Notes: generated from the letters alone by a model not told the origin. 64,000 nt of DNA from Minisyncoccia bacterium (GCA_039809265.1 JBDHUR010000002.1:15461-79460); one strand, 5' to 3'; positions 40,680 to 50,844 are shown, numbered from the stretch's first letter. Translations and numbers: made by a program.

Positions 40680-41384
40680 TTAGCTATTTGTTGCATTCTT
40701 GCCGGCTATCAGGTCATCTATGCGCTGTTTGAATTGTTCAAACGGTATTGCTCCTGGGATAGTTATACTTGCGCCAGTTGGCTTGTATGTAACCACGAAG
40801 TGTGGGGTGCCCTGAACACCTGCGTCAATACCAAGCTGCTGGTCTCCCGCAACTTTTTTTGCCATTTCTCCAGAGTCCAGGCAAGAGCTAAATTGTTTTT
40901 CATTTATGCCGACTTTCTTTGCTACTTGCGGCAAAAGTGATGCGTCCAGGCCGTTGTTTGCTGGGGTAATTTCAAAGATTGTGTCTACAAAACTCCAAAA
41001 TGCTATGTTCCCGCCAAGTTTGTATACGCATTCTGCCGCTTCAGCTTCTTTTTGTGCTTTTGGATGTATAGAAAGAGGGAAGTGAACATACTTCACTGCT
41101 ACTTGTCCTCCATAAGAGTCTACAATTTTGTGAACTGTTGGGTGGGCTTGCTTGCAGAAAGGACACTCAAGGTCTGAATATTCTGTGATAACAACCGGAG
41201 CATCTTCTCGGCCTAGATAGTGATCTCCGGAAGCGTCTGCTTTGGTTGTATAAGTCGGCACTGTTATTTTGGTATTTAAGGCTGCCGTACCTGTCGACGG
41301 TGAACGACTGAAAAATATGGCCGCAGCAATAAATATACCTGCAACTATGATCCCAGCTCCTGTGCTTATTTTGTTTGTGTTCAT
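40680..41384 (-). CDS. DsbA-family thiol-disulfide oxidoreductase
   Basis: TM anchor, YSDLECPFC, HFPL, GVQGTP. Confidence 0.9.
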   Translation of the reverse strand: MNTNKISTGAGIIVAGIFIAAAIFFSRSPSTGTAALNTKITVPTYTTKADASGDHYLGREDAPVVITEYSDLECPFCKQAHPTVHKIVDSYGGQVAVKYVHFPLSIHPKAQKEAEAAECVYKLGGNIAFWSFVDTIFEITPANNGLDASLLPQVAKKVGINEKQFSSCLDSGEMAKKVAGDQQLGIDAGVQGTPHFVVTYKPTGASITIPGAIPFEQFKQRIDDLIAGKNATNS

Positions 41385-41458
41385 ATGGTGCAATTATATC
41401 ATGGCTTGAAAAAAAGCCAAGAAAATGGTATATTGCCTATGCAAAAAGATTGCAAAAT

Positions 41459-42700
41459 ATGGAGATTTCTACAGTTGTTACCTATATTGTTACTTTCTTG
41501 GCGATTTATGTCCAAGTCTTTTTTCTTGTGACATTTCTGGAAAATCGCAGAAAACTTGTTTACAGGACAGGCAGTTTGGAGTTACCTGAATATCCAACAG
41601 TCACTGTTATAGTGCCTTGCTGGAATGAAGAGAAAACTATCCATCGCACCATAGAATCTCTCTTGAACTTAGATTACCCAAAAAATAAATTGGAAATATT
41701 TCTGATAGATGACGGCAGTACAGACAGTACATGGCAGGTGATGCAAGAGTTTGTTTCTTATCCGCAGATAAAAGTTTTCCATAAAGAAAACGGAGGTAAA
41801 CACACAGCCATGAATATGGGGATCGAGCTTTCAACATCAGACCTTGTGACATGTCTAGATGCCGATTCTTTTGTGGATGCCCATGCCTTAAAAAGGATAG
41901 TTACTTATTTCCATAAGGACCCAGATACCATGGCAGTAGCTCCCTCTATAATCGTTTATAACCCCCAGAACATTATACAGACTATCCAAAAGATCGAATA
42001 CGATATGGCCGTTTATATAAAGAAAATGCTTGGCTTGAATGGTGGTATTCATGTGGCACCCGGGCCTTTCTCTACATATAGGAGAGAGATATTCCAGACT
42101 ATCGGGATGTTCCGCAAGGCTCACAATACAGAAGATATGGAGATCGCTTACCGCATGCAGAAATTTCATATGAAGATAGAGCAATGCAATGACGCCTATG
42201 TGTACACTGTATCTCCAAACAGCATTCCAAAGCTCTACAAACAGCGCTTGCGTTGGATACACGGATTTATCCGAAATACTGTAGACTATAGACGAGTACT
42301 TTTTAATCCTAAGTATGGTACTTTTGCCATCTTTACTGTGCCGTCCGGTATCATATCTATTGCGGCTGCAGTCTTTCTTTTTGGATCAGTAATAGTTCGA
42401 TTGGTTGAACGTATTTATAATAAAGTAATAGAAATACGCACCGTAGGTTTTCATATGTCCATACCGTCTTTTCAATTTGATTGGTTTTTTGTAAATACGC
42501 ATGTGGTAATGTTTCTGCTTGTCTTTCTCTACGGACTTGTTGTAACTGCTATATTGATTGGTACGAAGATGGCATATGGCAAAGCAAAATTTCCGCGGCA
42601 TATAGTAACTTATATGGTAGTTTATAGTATTATCGCGCCATTTTGGCTTATGCACGCCATGTATAAAGCAGTTACTCGCAAAGCTCCAGCTTGGAGATAA
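41459..42700 (+). CDS. Processive GT2 glycosyltransferase (PgaC/IcaA-like)
   Basis: VPCWNEE, DDGSTD, DAD, TED, QRLRW, C-terminal TMs. Confidence 0.9.
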   Translation: MEISTVVTYIVTFLAIYVQVFFLVTFLENRRKLVYRTGSLELPEYPTVTVIVPCWNEEKTIHRTIESLLNLDYPKNKLEIFLIDDGSTDSTWQVMQEFVSYPQIKVFHKENGGKHTAMNMGIELSTSDLVTCLDADSFVDAHALKRIVTYFHKDPDTMAVAPSIIVYNPQNIIQTIQKIEYDMAVYIKKMLGLNGGIHVAPGPFSTYRREIFQTIGMFRKAHNTEDMEIAYRMQKFHMKIEQCNDAYVYTVSPNSIPKLYKQRLRWIHGFIRNTVDYRRVLFNPKYGTFAIFTVPSGIISIAAAVFLFGSVIVRLVERIYNKVIEIRTVGFHMSIPSFQFDWFFVNTHVVMFLLVFLYGLVVTAILIGTKMAYGKAKFPRHIVTYMVVYSIIAPFWLMHAMYKAVTRKAPAWR

Positions 42701-42705
42701 AATAT

Positions 42706-43536
42706 ATGAAAAATAATTGGACAAAATATATCTTTGTTTTCTTTATAACCTGCGGGCTTTTTCTTACCGCGCTTTATCTCAGCAACTACTTCAACGATAA
42801 GAAGATAGAAAACTTGAAAGCTATACAAGACAAGATATCTATAGACATTCTTTCTTCAGAAACGCAGTTTTCCTTGCTTGAAGAATCATCTTGTTCAGAC
42901 ATTTCCGGATCATACTTATCTAATGAGCTGATATCTCTTGGGGACAAGATAGAGTCTAGTGAAGAAAACATCGGTTCAAGTGAGGATGTGACCACACTGA
43001 AAAGGTATTATTCCTTGCTGGAGATAAAAGATTACTTGCTAATGAAACGCATATCAGAGCGATGCAAGCAGGCATCTGTATTCGTGCTTTATTTTTACGG
43101 CAACAAAACCAACTGTGCTGATTGTGATAGACAAAGCTATGTGCTGACAGCACTTCGTGGAAAGTACCCCGGACTTCGAGTGTATTCTTTTGACTACAAT
43201 ATAGATATTTCGGCTGTGCAGACGCTCAAGTCTATATACAAAGTGGGTGATGCTTTGCCAGCGCTAGTGATGAACGGCAAGGCATACAACGGATTCCAAA
43301 GTATAGAGGATATAGAGCAAAATTTACCCGAATTGCAAACGCTCTTGCCACAAGAAGAAAAGCCAGCAGAAGAGCAGTCAAAAGCTAGTACAACAACTAC
43401 AACTAAGAAATCAAAGGCAAAAGATACGCCAAAAATAGAAACTCCAAAAGAAGAAACTAACACAGACGAAACAACCCCAGATGTTTCAACAGGAACTTCG
43501 GGCGAAACAAATACTGCTAGTAGCGAAGTTATATAA
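42706..43536 (+). CDS. Membrane-anchored thioredoxin-like protein with low-complexity tail
   Basis: TM, LYFY..CADC, VYSFD, P-ALV; Thr/Glu/Lys-rich tail. Confidence 0.7.
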   Translation: MKNNWTKYIFVFFITCGLFLTALYLSNYFNDKKIENLKAIQDKISIDILSSETQFSLLEESSCSDISGSYLSNELISLGDKIESSEENIGSSEDVTTLKRYYSLLEIKDYLLMKRISERCKQASVFVLYFYGNKTNCADCDRQSYVLTALRGKYPGLRVYSFDYNIDISAVQTLKSIYKVGDALPALVMNGKAYNGFQSIEDIEQNLPELQTLLPQEEKPAEEQSKASTTTTTKKSKAKDTPKIETPKEETNTDETTPDVSTGTSGETNTASSEVI

Positions 43537-43537
43537 C

Positions 43538-43718
43538 CACTCCTTTTTCGGACAAGAGTCCATTTTGAACGATTCCAAGCGGACGGCACGAAGTGCCGTC
43601 CAAGCATTTCCCCATGAAAAATCCTGCATTTCGGGCGCGCTAGCGCGCCAAATTTTGAGAATTCGCTTGCGAATTCAAGCGAAACAGTGTGGGCGGCGCT
43701 TTGCGCCGCCCACTCCTT
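43538..43718 (-). other. Multi-hairpin GC-rich element downstream of tRNA-Thr
   Basis: Four perfect hairpins bracketed by duplicated CCACTCCTTT. Confidence 0.5.
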
Positions 43719-43750
43719 TCTTGATTCCCAACCAAAAAGTCGGGTTAATG

Positions 43751-43823
43751 AGCCGCCTCCCAGATTTGAACTGGGGACCTTCAATTTACAAAATTGTTGC
43801 TCTACCAACTGAGCTAAGGCGGC
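43751..43823 (-). tRNA. tRNA-Thr(TGT)
   Basis: GCCGCCTTAGCTCAGTTGGTAGAGC...TTTGTAA...GTTCAAATC...AGGCGGCT; CCA not encoded. Confidence 0.93.
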
Positions 43824-43834
43824 AGTATTATTTT

Positions 43835-44245
43835 TTACATTTGCTGATCCAAATGTTCTTCTCGCTTTATGCGTTCACGCAGACGACGAGCTTTTTTCTT
43901 GTATTCGGAAACTGTTACCAGGAAGCTGGAAATATTTGTCTTTTCTCCGGTCTCTTCGCTTTTCTTTACTATTTTATTGCTTATCTTTTCTACTTGCTTA
44001 GAGACTTTGTGTGTGCCCCTGACCCATAAGTTTATAAATGTCATAGCTACCGTATGTACGGCTCGCTTGGCGAAGTATAGCACATTTTTCTTCATGGATG
44101 CAAAGGTGATCTCGGGAATAATCATTTTCTGCGGAGCAGTTTCATCTGCAAAAACTCTGCCTGTCTTTATCTGCCATGCTCGACGCAAAAGCATGCCGAG
44201 CATGGCTAGAAGAGAGGCTGTGAAAATAGTAATCAAAGTCCACAT
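43835..44245 (-). CDS. Hypothetical membrane protein
   Basis: N-terminal TM, basic; SSFL..V.EYK; directly follows tsf. Confidence 0.7.
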   Translation of the reverse strand: MWTLITIFTASLLAMLGMLLRRAWQIKTGRVFADETAPQKMIIPEITFASMKKNVLYFAKRAVHTVAMTFINLWVRGTHKVSKQVEKISNKIVKKSEETGEKTNISSFLVTVSEYKKKARRLRERIKREEHLDQQM

Positions 44246-44246
44246 T

Positions 44247-45020
44247 TTATATGCTGTATCGCACAAATTTCTCCAGCTTTGCGTTAGCGTCCGCAAGCAG
44301 TTTACCAATGGTAACATCAGGATTCTTCACAAAAGGTTGTTCAACAAGTACTTGCTCTTTCAAGTATGTGCCTATTTTGCCTTCAAGCATTTTTTCTTTT
44401 ATATCTTCTGGTTTGTCTGATTCTATCACTTCTTTGGCAAACATTTCTTTTACCTTGTCTTTAGTCTCAGGACTGACATCTTCAAGTGTAGCATATTCCG
44501 GCTTCATGGCTGCTACGTGCATGGCCACATCTTTTGCCAGAGCTTCGTTGCCACCTGAGAGAGCTACAACAGCTGCAGACTTACCGGAGTGGACATAAGA
44601 GCCGACAACCGGAGCTTCTATAGTTTCTATGGTGTGTATCTGTATATTTTCGCCGACTTTTTGCACTACTTGGGAGATAAGTTCTGGAGCTTTGGCAAGA
44701 GTTGCATCTTTGCCATCTGTCGCTGCCATGTTTGCCAAAGTTTCTGCCAAACCTAGGAAGTCCTCGTTCTTTGCAACGAAGTCTGTCTCGCAGCTAAGAA
44801 CAAGCACGATCGCTTTGCCTGGATTTTGCTTTACTACGATGATACCGTCATTGGTTTCTCTGTCTGCTTTCTTGATAGCAATGTCGGAAGACTTTTTCTT
44901 TAGTATCATAAGCGCCTTTTCCATATCGCCGCCCGCTTCTTCCAACGCTTTTTTGCACTGCATTACAGAGACGCCTGTAGCGTCTCTGAGTTCTTTTATT
45001 TGCTCTGTTGTGATAGCCAT
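44247..45020 (-). CDS. tsf: Elongation factor Ts
   Basis: IKELRDATGVSVMQCKKAL, CETDFVAKN, AMHVAA. Confidence 0.97.
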   Translation of the reverse strand: MAITTEQIKELRDATGVSVMQCKKALEEAGGDMEKALMILKKKSSDIAIKKADRETNDGIIVVKQNPGKAIVLVLSCETDFVAKNEDFLGLAETLANMAATDGKDATLAKAPELISQVVQKVGENIQIHTIETIEAPVVGSYVHSGKSAAVVALSGGNEALAKDVAMHVAAMKPEYATLEDVSPETKDKVKEMFAKEVIESDKPEDIKEKMLEGKIGTYLKEQVLVEQPFVKNPDVTIGKLLADANAKLEKFVRYSI

Positions 45021-45065
45021 AAAATGTTTTGATTAAGTTAATAATGAACAGAAAACGATTTATTT

Positions 45066-45761
45066 TTAGGCTTTTGTAACCTTGCCGGATTCGTAAGCAC
45101 TTTTTATTTTTTCTAGGAAGAAGGAAATACTGGAAAGGCTTCCGTCGTTTGCAACTATAGGGTAGTCTACGCCTTTTATATTTGTGTCTGTATTTGCGAT
45201 AGCGATGACAGGGATACCTTGTGCTTTAGCTTCTGCCAGTGCTATATGTTCACGCTTGCTGTCTACTATAAAAAGCGCGTCCGGAGCTCTTTTTAGCAGT
45301 GTCAAACCACCGAAATACTTTGTAAGTTTTTCTATCTTTTGGTCTATCAAAAGGCGTTCTTTCTTGGTGTAAACATCCAGCTCGCCTTTTTCGCGCTTCT
45401 CGCGCAAGTCTTCAAGTGTCTGTATACGTTTCTTTATCTCGCCAAAGTTGGTAATAGTACCACCAATCCATCTCTCTGAAACATATGGCATGTCTAGCGC
45501 TGTTGCTGTATCTACGATCTTTTTCTTTGCTTCAGGTTTTGCTCCGACAAAAAGGATAGTTTTTTGGCCTTTGCCAAACTCTGATACAAGCTCTAAAACG
45601 CGATCAAGAGCGAGAGACGTTTTCTCCAAGTCTATAACATCGTTCTTGTTTTTAGTAGTAAAAATATAAGACGCAGTAGACGGGTGTCTCCTAGTCTTTG
45701 AATATCCGAAGTGAACTCCGGCTTTGAACATTTGTTCAATGTTTTCTTGTGTGTGTGACAT
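45066..45761 (-). CDS. rpsB: 30S ribosomal protein S2
   Basis: AGVHFG, RWIGGTITNF, IVAND; ATG 45761 preferred. Confidence 0.97.
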   Translation of the reverse strand: MSHTQENIEQMFKAGVHFGYSKTRRHPSTASYIFTTKNKNDVIDLEKTSLALDRVLELVSEFGKGQKTILFVGAKPEAKKKIVDTATALDMPYVSERWIGGTITNFGEIKKRIQTLEDLREKREKGELDVYTKKERLLIDQKIEKLTKYFGGLTLLKRAPDALFIVDSKREHIALAEAKAQGIPVIAIANTDTNIKGVDYPIVANDGSLSSISFFLEKIKSAYESGKVTKA

Positions 45762-45944
45762 ACAAAATAAAAAATCCTTCGCAAAGAAGAATTTCCTTGC
45801 ATTAGTTGATAATGCTGCGCCATCTGGCACAGCGGGACGCACGTTAGTAGGCATTGCAGCCTGCCCCTTTTATGGGCAAATCCTGCCATCGGCAGGACCA
45901 CGAGCGAACATGTCTACAATAGCAGAAAACTATGGATTTAGCAA
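45762..45944 (-). promoter_or_regulatory. rpsB promoter and structured 5' leader
   Basis: TTGCTA-17-TATTGT, then ~150 nt with five hairpins. Confidence 0.55.
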
Positions 45945-46007
45945 GGGGACTTGCAGCGGCTTCCAAGGGCTTTTTTTATTGGTTGTTTTACTGTAAGATG
46001 TCTTTAT

Positions 46008-47270
46008 ATGTTGCAATCCAAATTGTTTACTAAGACAAAAAAAGAGGCACCAGCAGACGAAGTCTCTAAAAATGCCGAACTTTTGACCCGCGCAGGCTAT
46101 ATACATAAAGAAATGGCGGGAGTGTATGCATACTTGCCGCTTGGAGCCAGAGTTATTGAAAAGATAAAGGGTATCATTCGTGAAGAGATGAACAAGATCG
46201 GCGGTCAAGAGCTTTATATGACCATCCTTCAGCCTCGTGATATATGGGAGAAGACGGACAGGTGGGATGATGCAAAAGTTGATAATTGGTTTAAGACCAA
46301 ACTTAAAAACGGCGAGGAGCTGGGTGTCGGTCTTACACACGAAGAACCTATAGTAGATGCTATATCAGGGTATGTAAATTCTTACAGAGATCTGCCTTTT
46401 TCTGTTTATCAAATTCAAAATAAGTTTAGGAATGAACTTCGTGCAAAGTCCGGCCTTTTGCGCGGTCGCGAGTTTATCATGAAAGATATGTATTCATTTG
46501 CTCGCACAGAAGAGGAGCATAACGATATATACGAAAAGACTGCGGCTGCTTATTTTGAGATCTACAAGAGACTAGGTATTGGCCATGTTACATATAGGAC
46601 TCGCGCGGACGGTGGTATTTTTACGGAAAAATTTAGCGATGAGTTCCAAGCGATTTCTGGCATCGGAGAAGATGTCATATATTTAGACGAAGAGAAAAAT
46701 ATCGCTGTGAACAAAGAGATATATACTGACGAAAATTTAGAGAAATTGGGAATAGATAAAAGCAAGCTTGTTGAGAAAAGGGCTGTGGAAGTTGGAAATA
46801 TATTTCATCTTGAAAGCAAATATACAGATGCGCTAGGCGTGTACTTTACAGATGAAAATGGTGAGAAGAAATCCGTAATCTCCGGCTGCTACGGCATTGG
46901 TGTCAGCAGGACGATGGGCGTGATAGCAGAGATGTTTTCCGATGATAAGGGCCTGATATGGCCTGAATCTGTTGCACCTTTTAATGTTCATTTGTTATCG
47001 CTTGGAGGCGCTGATGAGGTAAAATCGGAGTCACAAAGAGTGTATAGTGCCTTGCAGGGCGCTGGGGTAGAAGTGCTTTTTGATGATAGGGATGATGTAA
47101 GCGCCGGAGAAAAGTTTGCTGACTCTGATTTGATAGGCATTCCGCACAGAGTTGTGGTATCTGAGCGAAGCATGAAAGAAGGCGGGGTGGAAATCAAAAA
47201 ACGAACAGAAGAAAGGGGCCGATTTATTGCTGTAGAAGATCTACTGAAAGAATTTTCCAATGTTCGATAA
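46008..47270 (+). CDS. proS: Proline--tRNA ligase (short form, no editing insertion)
   Basis: LTHEE, KFRNELRAKSGLLRGREFIMKDMYSF, EVGNIF, GCYGIGVSR, GEKFADSDLIG. Confidence 0.93.
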   Translation: MLQSKLFTKTKKEAPADEVSKNAELLTRAGYIHKEMAGVYAYLPLGARVIEKIKGIIREEMNKIGGQELYMTILQPRDIWEKTDRWDDAKVDNWFKTKLKNGEELGVGLTHEEPIVDAISGYVNSYRDLPFSVYQIQNKFRNELRAKSGLLRGREFIMKDMYSFARTEEEHNDIYEKTAAAYFEIYKRLGIGHVTYRTRADGGIFTEKFSDEFQAISGIGEDVIYLDEEKNIAVNKEIYTDENLEKLGIDKSKLVEKRAVEVGNIFHLESKYTDALGVYFTDENGEKKSVISGCYGIGVSRTMGVIAEMFSDDKGLIWPESVAPFNVHLLSLGGADEVKSESQRVYSALQGAGVEVLFDDRDDVSAGEKFADSDLIGIPHRVVVSERSMKEGGVEIKKRTEERGRFIAVEDLLKEFSNVR

Positions 47271-48306
47271 GCTTTACAAGGGGTTTTCCAATGACATAGG
47301 GATAGACCTGGGTACCGCAAATACCTTGGTATATTTGCGTGGTCACGGCATTGTGATAAACGAACCATCTGTTGTTGCTCTAAATCAGAAGACAGGCCGT
47401 ATCGTGGCTGTGGGCAGTGAAGCCAAGCAAATGCTTGGGAGAACTCCAGCGCATATAAAGGCTGTACATCCACTTGTAGATGGTGTGATATCAGACTTTG
47501 AAGTGACGGAGGAAATGCTGGCCTATTTCATAGGGAAAGCCGAAAAAATTTCAAAGAAATTTTTTCGGCCCCGTGTCGTGGTTGGTGTTCCATCGGGTGT
47601 TACGAATGTTGAGATTCGTGCTGTTTATGATGCCGCAAAGTCTGCTGGTGCCAGAGAAGTGTACATCGTAGAAGAGCCGATGGCTGCAGCTATAGGTATG
47701 CGCCTGCCGATCAAAGACCCGACTGGTTCAATGGTTGTAGACATAGGCGGTGGTACTACAGATATAGCGGTTATATCTTTGGGTGGCATAGTACAGTCCA
47801 AGAATTTACGCATAGCCGGAGATAGGCTAAATGCAGATATTATGAGTTATCTGCGCGATGAATTTAAGCTTCTGATAGGAGAAAAAACTGCTGAAGCTGT
47901 AAAAATAGCTGTCGGTAATGTTATGCCTGGAACTTTCATGGAAGTAAATGTCCGCGGTAGAGATTTGGTGACTGGTTTGCCTCGCGAGGTTGTGGTCACA
48001 GACAGTGACATTCGTGAAGCGATTTCTGGCTCCATAGCAAACTTGGTAGATGGTATAAAAGAAGTACTAGAGACAACTCCGCCGGAAATACTTTCAGATG
48101 TGATGCATAGGGGCATCATCTTGGCCGGCGGCGGCGCATTGATACAAGGTTTGGATGTATTACTTGCAAATGTATTGAAGCTGCCTATATATATAGCTGA
48201 TGATCCGCTTTCTGCAGTAGCTAGAGGCACAGGCGTGGTATTTGAAGACATAGATTATTTTAAAGATGTGCTTTTGAAATCTAACGATGAGTTACCTTTA
48301 CGATAG
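47260..48306 (+). CDS. mreB: Rod shape-determining protein MreB
   Basis: IDLGTANT, EPSVVA, EEPMAAAIG, DIGGGTT. Confidence 0.97.
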   Translation: MFDKLYKGFSNDIGIDLGTANTLVYLRGHGIVINEPSVVALNQKTGRIVAVGSEAKQMLGRTPAHIKAVHPLVDGVISDFEVTEEMLAYFIGKAEKISKKFFRPRVVVGVPSGVTNVEIRAVYDAAKSAGAREVYIVEEPMAAAIGMRLPIKDPTGSMVVDIGGGTTDIAVISLGGIVQSKNLRIAGDRLNADIMSYLRDEFKLLIGEKTAEAVKIAVGNVMPGTFMEVNVRGRDLVTGLPREVVVTDSDIREAISGSIANLVDGIKEVLETTPPEILSDVMHRGIILAGGGALIQGLDVLLANVLKLPIYIADDPLSAVARGTGVVFEDIDYFKDVLLKSNDELPLR

Positions 48307-49057
48307 AAAAGAAAAAAGACAAAAAACAGCCGTAGTATCGGTTGTGCTTGTCGCCCTTGCTGTTATCTTTCTGCTTGCTGTTCCTGCTGTCCGCCGTGGA
48401 CTGAAAAGTTTTGCAAACAGTCTAGGTATACCACTCTGGCAAGCGTCTTCTTATGTTACCGGCGATATGCTTACTACAAAAAAACAGCTCATAGTCGAGC
48501 GTGATGAATTGAAACAAAAACTTGAAACATATTCCGCTGAAATGCTTGAGCTGGAAAACCTTCGCAGAGAAAATGCAACGCTGAAAGGTGAAAATCCATC
48601 AGATGAAAGTAGTTTTATACGCGCGGAAATATTGTCCAAGCCAAGCAAATCTGTATACGATGTGTTAGTGGTGGCGAAAGGCTCGGATGATGGTGTTGCT
48701 GTTGGTCAAAAAGTTTTTGGCACAGACGCCGTTATGCTTGGCGAAGTCGCAGAAGTTTTTTCAAAGAGCGCAAGAGTAAAAATGTATTCTACTGCCGGAG
48801 AGAAAACAGATGTGGTGGTGCTTGGCAGCAATGTCAATGCGGTAGCTGTCGGCCGCGGCGGGCAAAACTTTGAGATGACATTTCCAAGAGATGTGGAGAT
48901 AACGGAAGGAGTACAGATTTCTCTGCCTGGCATGGCAAACTCTGTTTTGGCTGTGGCAGAAAAAGTGCTTTTTGATCCGAGAGACCCGTTTCAGAAAGTT
49001 CTCTTGCGAAGTCCTCTCAATGTTGAGCATCTTCTTTTTGTAAATATTGAAAAATAA
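48287..49057 (+). CDS. mreC: Rod shape-determining protein MreC
   Basis: TM, coiled coil (ENATLK), KGSDDGV; follows mreB. Confidence 0.85.
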   Translation: MSYLYDRKEKRQKTAVVSVVLVALAVIFLLAVPAVRRGLKSFANSLGIPLWQASSYVTGDMLTTKKQLIVERDELKQKLETYSAEMLELENLRRENATLKGENPSDESSFIRAEILSKPSKSVYDVLVVAKGSDDGVAVGQKVFGTDAVMLGEVAEVFSKSARVKMYSTAGEKTDVVVLGSNVNAVAVGRGGQNFEMTFPRDVEITEGVQISLPGMANSVLAVAEKVLFDPRDPFQKVLLRSPLNVEHLLFVNIEK

Positions 49058-49058
49058 A

Positions 49059-50324
49059 ATGTCTTTTCTTTTTAAGATAGAAAAAAAGCTGGAGGGTAAA
49101 CATTCTGCCGAGGGCAAGCCTATGGGCCGAGCTGGAGTTTTCAGTACGCCGCACGGAGATATTCCTACGCCAGCTTTTGTCCCTGTTGGTACAAAAGCTA
49201 CAGTAAAATCTCTAACTCCAGAAATGCTCCGTGAACTTGGTACAAAAGTAATACTTGCCAACACTTACCATTTGCTTTTACAGCCTGGTGATGAGCTGGT
49301 AAAAAAGGTGGGTGGTCTACATGGTTTTATGAACTGGCGCGGGCCTATGATGACAGACTCCGGCGGCTTCCAGGTATTTTCCCTTGGCGCGGCATACGGC
49401 AAGGAAATTTCAAAGATAACGAAAGCAGCAGATGTATCCATGCAGATAGCTGAGCGCTCAAGTGCAGACGAAGGTGTACCAAAGCTTGCTAATATCGGCA
49501 CCGACGGAGTATCTTTTCGTTCTCATATTGATGGCACTTTGTATTACATCACCCCAGAGCGCTCTATAGAAATACAGCAGAACTTGGGTGCAGACATCAT
49601 ATTTGCATTTGACGAATGTACTTCACCAACAGAAACTTTTGCTTATCAAGAGGAGGCGCTTTTACGCACGCATCAGTGGGCCAAGAGGTCTTTGGAACAG
49701 CACGAAAAAATGGAAAAAAAAAAATACCTTACCCACATTTTACCACAAGCAATTTTTGGTATAGTCCAAGGTGGTAGAGAGGAAGTTTTGCGGAAAAAGT
49801 CTGCCAAAACTATTGCCGAGATGAAGACGGGCAGCGGCCGTAGTTTTGATGGTTTTGGTATTGGTGGAAGTTTTGCAAAAGAAGATATGTCTACAGTAGT
49901 GAAATGGGTTAATGAAATATTACCAGAAAACAAACCCAGGCATTTGCTTGGTATTGGTGAGCCAGAAGACTTGTTTATGGGAGTAGAGAACGGTGTAGAC
50001 TTTTTTGACTGTGTGGCACCTACACGTATGGCACGCAATGGTGCTTTGTATACAAAAAACGGCAAGATAAATATGTTCAACGCTGAACATAAAGAAAATT
50101 TTTCAAAAATAGAAGAAGATTGCGAATGTTACACATGTAAAAATTACTCTTGCGCGTATATAGCACATCTTTTTCGTGCTAAAGAAATGTTGGCGGCGAC
50201 TTTGGCAACAGTACATAATCTGCACTTTATCACAAAACTGGTTGCTGGCATGAGGCAATCTATTTTAGATAACACTTTCTATGAGTACAAAGATAGATTT
50301 TTTAATACATATAGGAATATTTGA
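49059..50324 (+). CDS. tgt: tRNA-guanine transglycosylase
   Basis: TPAFVPVGT, NTYHL, TDSGGFQVFSL, GIVQGG, CECYTC...HN. Confidence 0.95.
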   Translation: MSFLFKIEKKLEGKHSAEGKPMGRAGVFSTPHGDIPTPAFVPVGTKATVKSLTPEMLRELGTKVILANTYHLLLQPGDELVKKVGGLHGFMNWRGPMMTDSGGFQVFSLGAAYGKEISKITKAADVSMQIAERSSADEGVPKLANIGTDGVSFRSHIDGTLYYITPERSIEIQQNLGADIIFAFDECTSPTETFAYQEEALLRTHQWAKRSLEQHEKMEKKKYLTHILPQAIFGIVQGGREEVLRKKSAKTIAEMKTGSGRSFDGFGIGGSFAKEDMSTVVKWVNEILPENKPRHLLGIGEPEDLFMGVENGVDFFDCVAPTRMARNGALYTKNGKINMFNAEHKENFSKIEEDCECYTCKNYSCAYIAHLFRAKEMLAATLATVHNLHFITKLVAGMRQSILDNTFYEYKDRFFNTYRNI

Positions 50325-50406
50325 CTTATTTATATATTTACGGTATTCTTTCCAAGAATCTTCTTTAATAAAAATAAAATAATCATTTTTAAAACACAAA
50401 TTATTT

Positions 50407-50844
50407 ATGAATAAAAAAATCCATGTTCTCTTATTGGAGGACGACAACAACCAACACGATTCAGCTATGCTTGCCCGTGATATCGTAGCTGCGCTTAAGC
50501 CGTATTTTAAAAGGAAAACTAATACCACTTTATCTGTGTATGTTCCTAAGTCAGAAATGATTGAACCATTAGTGTTTGCCTTACATAAATACCGAGTAGA
50601 AGTTGCAGGGCGATATATTGATTCATCGCTCAATAAAAAGACACAAACCTCCAAAGAGCCAAGTTATTCTGGTATTTACAACCACTCACTACAGGCGGTT
50701 GGAGATGGTGTGGTTTGGCTAACTTACGAAAGTAACAGTCATTACTTTAACTTAAGGAAAAAAGGCTTGCTCTTTGTAAATGTAAAGAAAGACGCAGGAA
50801 CGAAAAAGATGACTCTTAGTCAAACAGTAGTAGCTGTAATTTAA
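50407..50844 (+). CDS. Hypothetical protein
   Basis: 145-aa ORF followed by hairpin at 50886-50910. Confidence 0.6.
   Translation: MNKKIHVLLLEDDNNQHDSAMLARDIVAALKPYFKRKTNTTLSVYVPKSEMIEPLVFALHKYRVEVAGRYIDSSLNKKTQTSKEPSYSGIYNHSLQAVGDGVVWLTYESNSHYFNLRKKGLLFVNVKKDAGTKKMTLSQTVVAVI

Noticed and set aside
41270-41310. DsbA TGTAALNT as a seventh QxAAS member
   Set aside because: Similar position after the TM but lacks the Gln and terminal K/R/E-S; too weak to count
43194-44420. ORFs 43194-43808(-), 43481-44029(+) and 43869-44420(+)
   Set aside because: They overlap tRNA-Thr or better-supported genes and have no protein-like features
45762-45854. 31-aa N-terminal extension of S2 given by the ORF track
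   Set aside because: Homology starts at MSHTQENIEQMFKAGVHFG; upstream sequence is a structured leader
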